From positions 384,001-448,000 of the forward strand of contig JAFATB010000006.1 of the NCBI GenBank assembly GCA_019244185.1: 64,000 bases of DNA. Direction: 5' to 3'. The notes under the pieces are model-generated. The model was not told the DNA's origin, made no database searches, and was given only the letters and a program-made list of their open reading frames with translations. Source of the DNA: Acidobacteriota bacterium (GTDB taxonomy: Bacteria > Acidobacteriota > Thermoanaerobaculia > Gp7-AA8). Of this stretch, positions 19,460-28,903 are shown in pieces. A program made the position numbers and the translations under genes. How positions within the stretch are numbered: the stretch's first letter is position 1; every line of letters starts with the position of its first letter.

Positions 19460-20467
19460 ATGCGCGGATGCCTCGGCCGGATGCTCCTCGTCGCGACGCT
19501 GGCGTGGTCACTCCATGCGCAGACCGCCGCGTACGAGGAGCGGGACGTTCAATTTCACAGCAATCGCGTCACGCTCGCGGGCACGCTGGTGATGCCGCAA
19601 TCGCCCGGGCCGCATCCTGCAATCGTGGTCCTGCACGGCTCCGGCCCCGCCACGCGTGAAGGCGGCGTGGCGTACGGCCGCGAGTTCGCCGCCCTCGGCA
19701 TCGCCACGTTCGCCTTCGATAAGCGCGGCTGCGGGCGATCGGGCGGTGATTGGACGCAGGCGTCGCTCGACGATCTCGCCGCCGACGCCTCCGCCGCCGT
19801 CGCGTATCTGCGGACGACGGCCGGTATCGACGCAAAACGCGTCGGCTTCTTCGGCGTGAGTCAGGCCGCCTGGGTCGCCACCGCGGCCGCACGGCCGTCG
19901 AACATCGCATTCATGGTGCTGGTGTCCGGCGGCGGCGCGTCGCCGCGCGAGTCGGAGACGTACGCGTATCTCACCGCGTTCGAGCGCGCCGGTCTCGGCG
20001 CCGCCGAGATCGCGGAAGCGATGCGCGTCATCGATCGCTACATGAACTACCTCGCGACGGGTGACGGACGCGACGCGCTGGTCGCCGAGCTGAACGCCGC
20101 GCACGATCGCGCGTGGTCGCAACTCGCACCGCTCGAACGCATTCTTCCGTCGCCGGAGAACCGCGCGCATTGGCAGTGGGTCGCGACGTGGTCGCCCGAC
20201 GACGCCATCGCGCACCTCACCTGTCCGATTCTTCTGCTGTTCGGAGACCGCGATACGGAACAGCCGACCGCGATCGCCGTCGCACGCTGGCGCGAAGGTT
20301 TGCGCCGCGCCGGGAACACCAGCTACAGGATCGTGGTGTTTCCCGGCGCGGGACACGGCATCCGCATGCGCGACGGCTTCACCGGTAACGGACGCGCGCC
20401 GTTCGCCGATGGCTATGAGGAAGTCATCACCGGCTGGCTCTGGCGCAACGTCGTCACAGCGAAGTAG
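19460..20467 (+). CDS. Secreted alpha/beta hydrolase (S9/S15-like)
   Basis: LHGSGP, FDKRGCG.S, GVSQA, FGDRD, GAGHG. Confidence 0.85.
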   Translation: MRGCLGRMLLVATLAWSLHAQTAAYEERDVQFHSNRVTLAGTLVMPQSPGPHPAIVVLHGSGPATREGGVAYGREFAALGIATFAFDKRGCGRSGGDWTQASLDDLAADASAAVAYLRTTAGIDAKRVGFFGVSQAAWVATAAARPSNIAFMVLVSGGGASPRESETYAYLTAFERAGLGAAEIAEAMRVIDRYMNYLATGDGRDALVAELNAAHDRAWSQLAPLERILPSPENRAHWQWVATWSPDDAIAHLTCPILLLFGDRDTEQPTAIAVARWREGLRRAGNTSYRIVVFPGAGHGIRMRDGFTGNGRAPFADGYEEVITGWLWRNVVTAK

Positions 20468-20476
20468 TGCGCATGT

Positions 20477-21598
20477 TCACCGCTGCGGCGTGATCAGCGT
20501 GACCTGCTGCGTGTCGTTGTTCGTGATCGAGACGAAGGCCCAGATGTTCGGCGGCGGCGGCGAGATGTTCTCGCCGAGGTTGTCGATCTCGATGCGCAGC
20601 GACGGGCTCGCGGCGCGTAGCTCGGGTGTGAGCAGGTCGAGTGCGATGGAGCCGACGTTGTACGGGAACGGATCGGCCACGATGTTGATGAACCCGGTGG
20701 TTTCGACGTCGAACTGCGCGATCGGATCGCGACGGGATCCGTCCGCCGCTTCGACGTACACGGAGACGCGCACGGTCTGGGGCGCTTCGGTGAAGCCGTA
20801 GATGCGCAGCCGCGCGCGATAGCGCGCGTCGGTCGGAACGCCGATCAGCTTGATGACCGGCTTGAAGTCCGAGGAGCGCAGGATGGGAACGTCCGTGCCG
20901 AGGCCTTCCGCGGCACGCGAGACGTCGCGCACGTGCAGCGACATCGTCAGCTGATCATTGAGCGGCGCCGGCACGTACACGAACGCGCCTTCGGTACTCG
21001 TCAGCGCCTCCAGCCGGACCGTCGCTCGCGGCGGCACATCGCCCGCGGGAGTCGGGATCGACAGCGGCGAGAAGATGGGACCGACGAGTTGGATGTGGTT
21101 CGTCGACGAGGCGTTGTACGCGAGCCACTCCGTCCGCCAGAGCGAGCCGTTCGCGCCCGGCGTATCGGCGCCCGCGAGCGGCAACACGTACGTGACGTAG
21201 TTCTCCGGCCCCGGCTGCGCGAAGTCGGAGAAGCGGAACGCGCCCGGCAGCGTCGCGTTGCCGCTGGCGGCGCGCACCTCGACGTCGTAAGCGTTCTCCG
21301 GATTCGTCGACGCCGGCGGATTCACTTCGACGGCGATCGTCGACGGCGTCACCTGGTGCACGGTCGCGGCGATCCCGGCGACGAAGACCTGCACCGGGCA
21401 GGTCGCTGGTCCCGTCCCCGGAGGCGGAGGCAGCACCGGACATGTGACGCTGGCGGTCACGAAACCGCTGCCGGTGATCGTCGCGTGCGTCGATCCAGCG
21501 GCGAAGCCGACGGTCGGATCGATACCGCTGATGGTCGGTGCGGCGGCCGCCGCGAAGGTCACGAGCAGCGAGAGAAACACGAGCTTATATGCGCGCAT
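20477..21598 (-). CDS. Secreted IPT/TIG domain protein
   Basis: Signal peptide, PTISGIDP..G...G....ITGSGF, C-terminal WAFVSITNNDTQ. Confidence 0.8.
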   Translation of the reverse strand: MRAYKLVFLSLLVTFAAAAAPTISGIDPTVGFAAGSTHATITGSGFVTASVTCPVLPPPPGTGPATCPVQVFVAGIAATVHQVTPSTIAVEVNPPASTNPENAYDVEVRAASGNATLPGAFRFSDFAQPGPENYVTYVLPLAGADTPGANGSLWRTEWLAYNASSTNHIQLVGPIFSPLSIPTPAGDVPPRATVRLEALTSTEGAFVYVPAPLNDQLTMSLHVRDVSRAAEGLGTDVPILRSSDFKPVIKLIGVPTDARYRARLRIYGFTEAPQTVRVSVYVEAADGSRRDPIAQFDVETTGFINIVADPFPYNVGSIALDLLTPELRAASPSLRIEIDNLGENISPPPPNIWAFVSITNNDTQQVTLITPQR

Positions 21599-21641
21599 GA
21601 AGGTCACTTTATGCCGTTATGCCATAGCACGCAAGGGGTGC

Positions 21642-21797
21642 TTACTTCTTTTCTTCGGGAGCTGCGCCGCCGTCGTGCTCGCGACGCGTGCGTTCCTCCG
21701 CGCGGTCGTCGTCGTTCGGATTGCCGATCGGCGAGCTTTTCGTCGCCTCCTCGTACTCCTTCGTACGCGTGTCGAGCTCCTTGTCGTATTTGCTCAT
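21642..21797 (-). CDS. Small hydrophilic, probably disordered protein (51 aa)
   Basis: MSKYDKELDTRTKEYEE...; GC3-biased codons; sigma54-like motif at 21811-21825. Confidence 0.6.
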   Translation of the reverse strand: MSKYDKELDTRTKEYEEATKSSPIGNPNDDDRAEERTRREHDGGAAPEEKK

Positions 21798-21846
21798 GCG
21801 CGCTTCCGAAGCCAGCACGATGCCAGTACACTGGCGTTCACTCGCC

Positions 21847-22239
21847 ATGACCATCGCCGACAACGTGGTGCCCGGCCCCCGCCCGACGTACGACTGCACG
21901 AAGTGTCCCGCGTATTGCTGCAGCTACGACCGCATCATCGTCGAGAAAGAAGACCTCAAGCGCCTGGCGAAACATCACGGCATCGACGTCGAGACCGCGC
22001 GCAGACGCTTCACCAAGGTCAAGGAAGGCGAGCAGGTCCTTCGCCATCAGAAGGACTCGATCTACGGCTCGATCTGCATGTTCCTCGATCTGAAGACGCG
22101 CGGCTGCACGATCTATCACGCGCGTCCCGGCGTCTGTCACGAGTATCCCGACAAGCGCCGCTGCGGCTACTACGACTTCCTGCAGTGGGAGCGCCGGCAT
22201 CAGCAGGATCCGGAGTTCATCCCCCTGCAGAAAGGCTGA
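21847..22239 (+). CDS. YkgJ family (CxxCxxCC) cysteine cluster protein
   Basis: CTKCPAYCC, C.FL....RGCTIY..RP.VC..YP. Confidence 0.9.
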   Translation: MTIADNVVPGPRPTYDCTKCPAYCCSYDRIIVEKEDLKRLAKHHGIDVETARRRFTKVKEGEQVLRHQKDSIYGSICMFLDLKTRGCTIYHARPGVCHEYPDKRRCGYYDFLQWERRHQQDPEFIPLQKG

Positions 22240-22287
22240 GGCGCGAGCGGCGGGAACTGAGTGCGGCCGAATCGTGTTATTTGCAGC

Positions 22288-23289
22288 ATGCTCCGCCGTT
22301 CGCTGACCGCCGCCTGCGTCGCGGCTCTGCTCGCTGCAACGGGGTTTGCCCCCGCGAATGCGCAGGAGCAGACCGACTTCTCCGAGCAGGTCTCCGTCAG
22401 CTACGTGATGGTGCCGTTCACCGCGCTCAACCGTACCGGCGTGCCGCTCACCGACCTGCGCGAGAAAGACGTCGCCCTCTACGTCGACGGCACGCGCGTC
22501 GCCACCGATCTCTTCGAGCTGTCGCGCAACGCGCCCGTGTCGTGGACGATCCTCCTCGACGGCTCCGGCTCGATGGGACTCGCGGGCAAGATGGACGCGG
22601 CGAAGGCGGCCATCAACGCGCTCACCGCGCGGCGCCAGGAAGGCGACGACTTCGCGCTCTACCTCTTCGACTCGGAAGGCCACGCGAAGGAGCTCGTGCC
22701 GTTCACGCAGAACCCCGGCGCGATCGCACGCGCGCTCGACGTCGTGAAACCGTGGGGCAAGACCGCGTTCTTCGACGCGCTCGCGGAGATGCCGCAGCGC
22801 AGCGAGCTCGGACGCAATCCGTCGCGCGCGATCATCCTGCTCAGCGACGGCATCGACAACGCCTCGAAGCTCTCGCGCGAGGAGATCGGCAAGCGCCTCG
22901 AGGGCGTAGCCATTCCGATCTACGCGTTCGGCTTGCGCGAGCCGGGCGAGCAGGCGCTGCAGAAGAAAGCGCCGGCGACGATCAGCGAGGAGATGTCGAA
23001 CATCGATCTGCTCGCCGAGCTCGCGTCGGCGACCGGCGGCCAGCTGTTCGTCGGCAATCAGCCGGAACAGCTCGCGCACGCCATGGATGGAATCGAATCC
23101 GTGTTGCGGGCCCAGTATCTGATCGGGTTCCCGCCCACCGGCAAGGGTGCAGTAAAGTACCGCCGGATTTCCCTTCAGCTCGACGGACGCGCGCGCACGG
23201 TACGGGTACGGGCCGGCTACCGCGGTACCGAACCGCCCGTGTTGAGCGCGTCGGCGCGGCTGAAGCGCAACGAAAGGAAGAAGAGTTGA
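22288..23289 (+). CDS. Secreted VWA domain protein
   Basis: MIDAS DGSGS, TAFFDA, LLSDGIDN, LA..TGG, QYLIGF. Confidence 0.9.
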   Translation: MLRRSLTAACVAALLAATGFAPANAQEQTDFSEQVSVSYVMVPFTALNRTGVPLTDLREKDVALYVDGTRVATDLFELSRNAPVSWTILLDGSGSMGLAGKMDAAKAAINALTARRQEGDDFALYLFDSEGHAKELVPFTQNPGAIARALDVVKPWGKTAFFDALAEMPQRSELGRNPSRAIILLSDGIDNASKLSREEIGKRLEGVAIPIYAFGLREPGEQALQKKAPATISEEMSNIDLLAELASATGGQLFVGNQPEQLAHAMDGIESVLRAQYLIGFPPTGKGAVKYRRISLQLDGRARTVRVRAGYRGTEPPVLSASARLKRNERKKS

Positions 23290-23290
23290 T

Positions 23291-23902
23291 ATGAAGCGTT
23301 CCCCGATGTTCATCGCCGCGGGCCTCTCGGTCCTCCTCGGCGCCTGCGCGACTTCGAAGTCGGTCGACAAGAAGATCGCCGAGTCGCAGGCGCAGTCGAA
23401 TCAGAAAATCGAGTCGGTTGCCTCGCAGGTCGAGACGCTGCAGCAGAAGCAGCAGCAGACCGACGTGCGGCTCGACCAGCTCAGCCAGTCCGCGCAGGAA
23501 GCGTTGAAGCGCGCGCAGGAAGCGGGCGTGCTCGCCAAGGGCAAGGTCGTCTTCGAACAGACCTTCTCCGAAGACCGCGTGAAGTTCAAGCTCGCCAAGT
23601 ACGACCTCGATCAGAACGCGAAGAGCGCGCTCGACGAGTTCGCGACCAAAGTGCTCGCGCTCAACGAGCAGTACTTCATCGAGATCCAGGGCCACACCGA
23701 CGACACCGGCGGCGAGCAGTACAACGAGGAGCTCGGCCAGCGCCGCGCGGACGCGGTGCGCCGCTATCTCTCGCGCGAGCACAAGCTGCCGCTCAACCGC
23801 ATGTCGACGATCTCGTACGGCGACACGCTCCCGGTCGAGTCGAACAAGACCAAGGCCGGCCGCGCCGCGAACCGCCGCGTCGTCCTCGTCGTGCTCGAGT
23901 AG
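23291..23902 (+). CDS. OmpA-family lipoprotein with an N-terminal coiled coil
   Basis: Lipobox LGAC; IQGHTD, YN..LG.RRA, SYG, NRRV. Confidence 0.92.
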   Translation: MKRSPMFIAAGLSVLLGACATSKSVDKKIAESQAQSNQKIESVASQVETLQQKQQQTDVRLDQLSQSAQEALKRAQEAGVLAKGKVVFEQTFSEDRVKFKLAKYDLDQNAKSALDEFATKVLALNEQYFIEIQGHTDDTGGEQYNEELGQRRADAVRRYLSREHKLPLNRMSTISYGDTLPVESNKTKAGRAANRRVVLVVLE

Positions 23903-23926
23903 TCCCGCCCATCACAGCAGCACCCG

Positions 23927-23962
23927 AAGAGCCGGCGTACCTCACGCCGGCTTTTTGTTTTT
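23927..23962 (+). terminator. Rho-independent terminator
   Basis: AGCCGGCGT/ACGCCGGCT stem followed by a T tract. Confidence 0.8.
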
Positions 23963-23995
23963 GCGAGGGCTGTCGGTAGCAGCCCTCGCTGTTTT

Positions 23996-24739
23996 TCACG
24001 AAAAGTGCGCGACGACCGGCGCGTGATCGCTCGTGCCGATCTCGCGATGCGACGGGCACGCGGTGGCGCGCTTTGCCAGCGGCTCGCTCGCCAGCACGTA
24101 ATCGAGACGCCAGCCGATGTTGCGCTCGCGCATCTGCCGCCACGGCGCCCACCAGCTGAAGTAGTCGTTCGCGTCGGGATGGAGCATGCGTCCGACGTCG
24201 ACGAGATTGCCCGCGCGCAACAGCTCTTCGAAGAGCTCGCGCTCCATCGGCAGCTGCCCGATCGCGCGCGGCTTGCGCTCCTTCGGGTGCACGTCCAGCT
24301 CCGAGCGCGCGATGTTCATGTCGCCGCAGAGCACGAGTTTCAGGCCGCGCGCGCGCAGATCGGCGGCATACGCGATCAGCGAATGGATGAACGCGATCTT
24401 CGCGTCGAAGTCCTTCCCGCCGTTCGGAACGTACACGCTGGTGAACACAGTGTCCTCGATTTGAGCCTGCACGATCCGGGTCTCGAGATCGAAGTCGGGG
24501 TGCGCGTACGCCACCTCGGGCGCGAACGCGCGGCGGATGTGCAGCGCCACTCCGGAGTAGCCGCCCGCGCCATGCCAGTAGCACGTATACCCTTCCACCG
24601 AACAGGTTTGCGGGATTTGCTCGAGCTTCGCTTTGATCTCCTGCAGACAGACGACGTCGGGCTGTTCCGAGGCGACGAACTGCACGAATTGCTCGTGCCG
24701 CGCGCGGATTCCGTTCACATTCCACGTGGCGACTTTCAT
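23996..24739 (-). CDS. xth: Exodeoxyribonuclease III (AP endonuclease)
   Basis: TWNVNGIRAR, LQEIK, YVPNG, GDMN, GWRLDY, SDHAPV. Confidence 0.95.
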   Translation of the reverse strand: MKVATWNVNGIRARHEQFVQFVASEQPDVVCLQEIKAKLEQIPQTCSVEGYTCYWHGAGGYSGVALHIRRAFAPEVAYAHPDFDLETRIVQAQIEDTVFTSVYVPNGGKDFDAKIAFIHSLIAYAADLRARGLKLVLCGDMNIARSELDVHPKERKPRAIGQLPMERELFEELLRAGNLVDVGRMLHPDANDYFSWWAPWRQMRERNIGWRLDYVLASEPLAKRATACPSHREIGTSDHAPVVAHFS

Positions 24740-24794
24740 GGTGCGCGGATTGTATCGGCCACGCGCAATCTTTGTTTGCGACCACGGAGGTCAA

Positions 24795-25457
24795 ATGCGT
24801 AAGTACGGATTCCTGCTTTTCCTGCTGCTCCTCACCACGACCAGTCTTTTCGCGCAGAACGAGAACTGGCGGCGCGGCCGCCATGACTATCGCGACGCGC
24901 CGAGCGATGACGCCTTCGAGCTGACGCCGTTCGTCGGCTACCGCTGGGGCGGGACGATCTTCGCCGACCAGACGAACCTGTTCCATCGCGACGTCGAAGT
25001 GAAGCCGAGCGCGGATTTCGGCGTCGATCTCGGCATCCCCCTCGGCGACACCGGTCTGAAGCTCGAGCTGATGGCCAACCATCAGAGCTCGACGCTCCGC
25101 ACCGACACCGGCATCTTCCAGCCGGACAACCGCGTCGCCGACGTCGACGTCAACTATGTCCAGGCCGGACTGCAGATTCCGTTCGCGCGCTCGCGCAACG
25201 CGACTCCCTACGTCGTCGTCAGCGGCGGCCTGGCCACGATCGACCCGCAGGTCACCAACGTCAGCGCGGAGAACCGCTTCGCCGCGTCCGCGGGCATCGG
25301 CGTGAAGGTGCCGGTGAACCGCAACCTCTCGCTGCGTCTCGAAGGCCGCGGCTACTACACGAGCCTCGGCAACGGCGACTGCCGCGTCTGCGACTATTTC
25401 GTCAACGAGGACTTCACGCAGGGCGAAGTCAACATGGGCTTCGTCTTCTCGTTCTAG
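24795..25457 (+). CDS. Outer membrane beta-barrel protein
   Basis: SD GGAGG, signal peptide, FELTPFVGY, terminal GFVFSF. Confidence 0.85.
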   Translation: MRKYGFLLFLLLLTTTSLFAQNENWRRGRHDYRDAPSDDAFELTPFVGYRWGGTIFADQTNLFHRDVEVKPSADFGVDLGIPLGDTGLKLELMANHQSSTLRTDTGIFQPDNRVADVDVNYVQAGLQIPFARSRNATPYVVVSGGLATIDPQVTNVSAENRFAASAGIGVKVPVNRNLSLRLEGRGYYTSLGNGDCRVCDYFVNEDFTQGEVNMGFVFSF

Positions 25458-25470
25458 TATCGTCGCGGCC

Positions 25471-25998
25471 GTGGTGCCGCTCAGCCGTTTCCTCGCCGCG
25501 TCGGCCTACGCCGGCGCGGCGTTTTTGTTCGGACTCGCCCTCGGCGAGCGCGGAGAGCTCGGCTTCGTGCAGTATCTCTTCGCCGCGACCATCCCCCTTT
25601 CGGCGGCGATCATCGCGTTCTTCGCCCGCAGCGGACGCGCGGAAACGCTCTTCACCGGCGCCGCGATGCTCGCCGGCCTGCTCCTCGGGCAGCAGCAGTT
25701 CGCGCGCGCGTGGCGCGATTGCAGCGCGCACGCGAACGTCGTCCGCGACGCCATCCTCACGCACTACGCGCGCAGCGGCGACTATCCGGCGACGCTCGAG
25801 GAACTGCCGCTGCGCGAGCTGCCGTGCCGCTGCGGCCTGCGCAAGACGATCCTGCACTACCACGCCAACGAGCGTGGCTTCCGTCTCTGGCTGACGAACG
25901 ACTTCGAGCGCTACGTCGCCACCGAGCGCACGCCGTTTGTCATTGCCACCGGAACAGCTTCAGCGCCGCCACGTACGACACCGCGCTCCACGCGATGA
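25471..25998 (+). CDS. Hypothetical membrane protein
   Basis: Three hydrophobic segments then a G.YP.TLEEL motif; 3' end overlaps the convergent gene. Confidence 0.6.
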   Translation: MVPLSRFLAASAYAGAAFLFGLALGERGELGFVQYLFAATIPLSAAIIAFFARSGRAETLFTGAAMLAGLLLGQQQFARAWRDCSAHANVVRDAILTHYARSGDYPATLEELPLRELPCRCGLRKTILHYHANERGFRLWLTNDFERYVATERTPFVIATGTASAPPRTTPRSTR

Positions 25999-26995
25999 GG
26001 TTCGCGAGCTGCGGCAGCACCGCGGTGAGGCCTCGGCCGTCGTTCATCACGATGCGCAGCGCGTCGTTGAGCGCGGTGAGCGGCAGCGCGCGGATGATCG
26101 GCTTCGCCGCGTCGGGGAAACGGTCGTACGAGAAGAAGACGCCGGAACAGATCCACATCGGCATCATGATCACGTTCATCAGGCCGCTCACCGCCTCGAT
26201 CGTGCGCACGCGCGACGCGAGCAGCAGGCCGATGCCGGCGAACGCCATCGCGCCGACGAGACACACCAGCGCGAAGACGATGAACGGCCCGTGCACGCGC
26301 ACGCCGAAGATCAGCCACGCCATCGTCGCCACCGCGCCGACTTCGAGCACGAGAAACACGAGCCGCATCAGGAACTGCGCGATGAGGTAGTGGCTCTTGC
26401 GCATCGGCGTGGCCACCATCCGCTTGAGCAGCTTGCGCAGCCGCGCGTTCACGATCGAGAAGCCGAGGCTCCACATGCTCGTGCCCATGATGTTCATGCC
26501 GAGGAGGCCAGGGACGAGGAAGTCGACATAGCGCGAGCCGGGCTCGGTGACGTGCTCCTCGCGCGCGGTGAGCACGTTGCGCCGTCCCGCCGCGGTCTGC
26601 AGCGCGTCGTCGACTTCGACACGCGCGGTGCGCGCGTCGGGACGCGTCGCATCGAGGCGATAAAGCGGCGTCGCATCGCCTTCGACGAGCAGCGAGATGT
26701 GGCCGCTGCGCAGCGCCTCGCGTCCCGCCGCCTCGTCGTAGAGCCGCGGCAGCAGCACGGGCGACTTCTCCAGCGCCGCGAGCCGCGCCTGCGCCGCGGG
26801 GCCGTTCACCACGCCGACCGGAATGCGGTCCGGCGCTTTCTCGCGGAACGCGAACCCGAGCGCCACCGTGAGAAGGATCGGGAACATGAAGACCCAGAAC
26901 ACCGCCTCGGTCTCGCGGATGAACTCCTTGATGCGGATGGTCGTCAGCTCGAGCAGCGGATGGCGGACGCCCGCTTTCTTCGCCGGGTCAGACAT
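25940..26995 (-). CDS. ABC-2 type exporter permease
   Basis: YVDFLVPG, LKRMVATP, SGVFF, LPLT; six TM segments. Confidence 0.9.
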   Translation of the reverse strand: MSDPAKKAGVRHPLLELTTIRIKEFIRETEAVFWVFMFPILLTVALGFAFREKAPDRIPVGVVNGPAAQARLAALEKSPVLLPRLYDEAAGREALRSGHISLLVEGDATPLYRLDATRPDARTARVEVDDALQTAAGRRNVLTAREEHVTEPGSRYVDFLVPGLLGMNIMGTSMWSLGFSIVNARLRKLLKRMVATPMRKSHYLIAQFLMRLVFLVLEVGAVATMAWLIFGVRVHGPFIVFALVCLVGAMAFAGIGLLLASRVRTIEAVSGLMNVIMMPMWICSGVFFSYDRFPDAAKPIIRALPLTALNDALRIVMNDGRGLTAVLPQLANLIAWSAVSYVAALKLFRWQ

Positions 26996-27911
26996 CGCGC
27001 AGCTCCCTTCCAGTCAGCGAGACGAAGAGGTCTTCGAGCGTCGCCGCGTGCGTGCTCAACGTGAGAATGCGCGCGTCGTGGACGTCGGTGACGGCGATGA
27101 GCTGCGGCACGGCGACGGCGAGCGAGTCGACGCGCAGCTGCCAGCCGTTGCCGCGCCGTCGCGCGCCATGGAAGCCGTCGAGGTTCGCGAATGCGGATTC
27201 GTCAAGATCTGGCTCGGTCGTGAACTCGATGATGTTCGCGGCGTCGAGCTTCGCGATCAGCTCGCGCGGCGTACCGAGGGCGATGAGCTGGCCGTGATCG
27301 ACGATCGCCACGCGATCGCAGAGACGCTCGGCTTCTTCCATGTAGTGCGTCGTGAGGAGCACCGTTCCGCCGCGCGCGCGATAGCCGGTGACGACTTCCC
27401 ACAGTTGCAGGCGGCTCTGCGGATCGAGGCCGGTGGTCGGCTCGTCGAGAAAGAGGATGTCCGGCTCGCCCGCGAGCGCGCACGCGACCGCGAGCCGCTG
27501 CTTCTGGCCACCCGACAGCTTGCCGACGCGCGCGTCGCGCTTCTCATCGAGCGAGAGCTCGCGCAGCAGCGCGTCGGGATCGGGACCGCTGCGATAGAAC
27601 GAGCGAAAGAGCCGCAGCGTCTCGCGCACGGTGAGCTTCTCGGAGAGCTGCGTTTCCTGCAGAGAGACGCCGATGCGCTCGCGCAACTCGCGCTCGTCGT
27701 GATTCCACGTGAGCCCGAGCACGTGCACGTCGCCGCCGTCGGGCTTCGTCAGCCCTTCGAGGATCTCGATCGTCGTCGTCTTCCCCGCGCCGTTCGGCCC
27801 GAGAAGGCCGAAACACTCGCCGCGCAGCACCTCGAGATCGATGCCGTCGACGGCTTTCACGTCGGGGTAGTACTTCTTCAATTGAACGCAGGAGATTGCT
27901 GCATCGACCAC
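26988..27911 (-). CDS. ABC transporter ATP-binding protein
   Basis: GPNGAGKTT, LSGGQKQR, LDEPTTGLDP, TTHYMEEA. Confidence 0.95.
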   Translation of the reverse strand: MVDAAISCVQLKKYYPDVKAVDGIDLEVLRGECFGLLGPNGAGKTTTIEILEGLTKPDGGDVHVLGLTWNHDERELRERIGVSLQETQLSEKLTVRETLRLFRSFYRSGPDPDALLRELSLDEKRDARVGKLSGGQKQRLAVACALAGEPDILFLDEPTTGLDPQSRLQLWEVVTGYRARGGTVLLTTHYMEEAERLCDRVAIVDHGQLIALGTPRELIAKLDAANIIEFTTEPDLDESAFANLDGFHGARRRGNGWQLRVDSLAVAVPQLIAVTDVHDARILTLSTHAATLEDLFVSLTGRELRDV

Positions 27912-27931
27912 ACTTCCATACTCTCACAACG

Positions 27932-28897
27932 ATGCGCGCAATCGTGATCTCTACACCCGGTGGTCCTGACGTCCTGCAAATCGGCGACGCGCCGCGTCCC
28001 GTTCTCGGTCCGCGCGATCTGCGCATCGACGTGCGCGCGACCGCGGTGAACCGCGCCGATCTCCTCCAGCGCGAAGGCCACTATCCGCCGCCTCCCGGCG
28101 CGTCCGACATCCTCGGCCTCGAATGCGCCGGCACGGTCGCGGAAGCCAGCGCGGACGTTTCGGGCTGGCGCATCGGCGAGCGCGTCATGGCGCTGCTTCC
28201 CGGCGGCGGCTACGCGGAGGAAGTCGTCGTCGACGCCGGCTCGGCGATGCGTGTGCCCGATGCGCTCAGCGACGAGGAGGCGGCCGCGCTGCCGGAAGTC
28301 TTTCTCACCGCGTTCTCGAATCTCTTCCTGCTCGCCCGCGTGCATGCAGGCGAGAGCGCGCTCGTGCACGGCGGCGGCAGCGGCGTCGGCACGGCCGCGA
28401 CGACGCTGCTGAAGCTCGCAGGCGTGCGCGTCCTCGTCACCGCCGGCTCGCGCGAAAAGTGCGAGCGCTGCCTCGCGCACGGCGCCGACGTCGCCATCAA
28501 CTACCGCGAGGAAGACTTCGCCGAGAAAGCGCGCGGCGTGAACGTGATCCTCGATCACATCGGCGCGCCGTACGTCGCGCGCGACCTCGACGCCATCGCG
28601 ATCGACGGACGCATCGTCATCATCGGCTCGATGGGCGGCTCGCGCTCGACCGAAGTCGATATCTCGAAATTACTCGGCAAACGCGCGCAGCTCATCGGCT
28701 CGACGCTACGCGCGCGCAGCAACGAGGCGAAGGCCGAGATCGTGCGCGCGTTCGTCGCGCGGTTCGGCGAGGACCTCGAGGCCGGTCGCATTCATCCCGT
28801 CGTGCACAGCGTGCTGCCGCTCGACCGCGCCGCCGACGCGCACCGGCTCATGGCGTCGAACGAACACTTCGGCAAGATCGTGCTGCGCGTGCGGTAG
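27932..28897 (+). CDS. NAD(P)H-quinone oxidoreductase (MDR, PIG3-like)
   Basis: VNRADLLQR.G.YPPP, GLECAG, HGGGSGVG, HFGKIVL. Confidence 0.93.
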   Translation: MRAIVISTPGGPDVLQIGDAPRPVLGPRDLRIDVRATAVNRADLLQREGHYPPPPGASDILGLECAGTVAEASADVSGWRIGERVMALLPGGGYAEEVVVDAGSAMRVPDALSDEEAAALPEVFLTAFSNLFLLARVHAGESALVHGGGSGVGTAATTLLKLAGVRVLVTAGSREKCERCLAHGADVAINYREEDFAEKARGVNVILDHIGAPYVARDLDAIAIDGRIVIIGSMGGSRSTEVDISKLLGKRAQLIGSTLRARSNEAKAEIVRAFVARFGEDLEAGRIHPVVHSVLPLDRAADAHRLMASNEHFGKIVLRVR

Positions 28898-28903
28898 TCG
28901 GCG

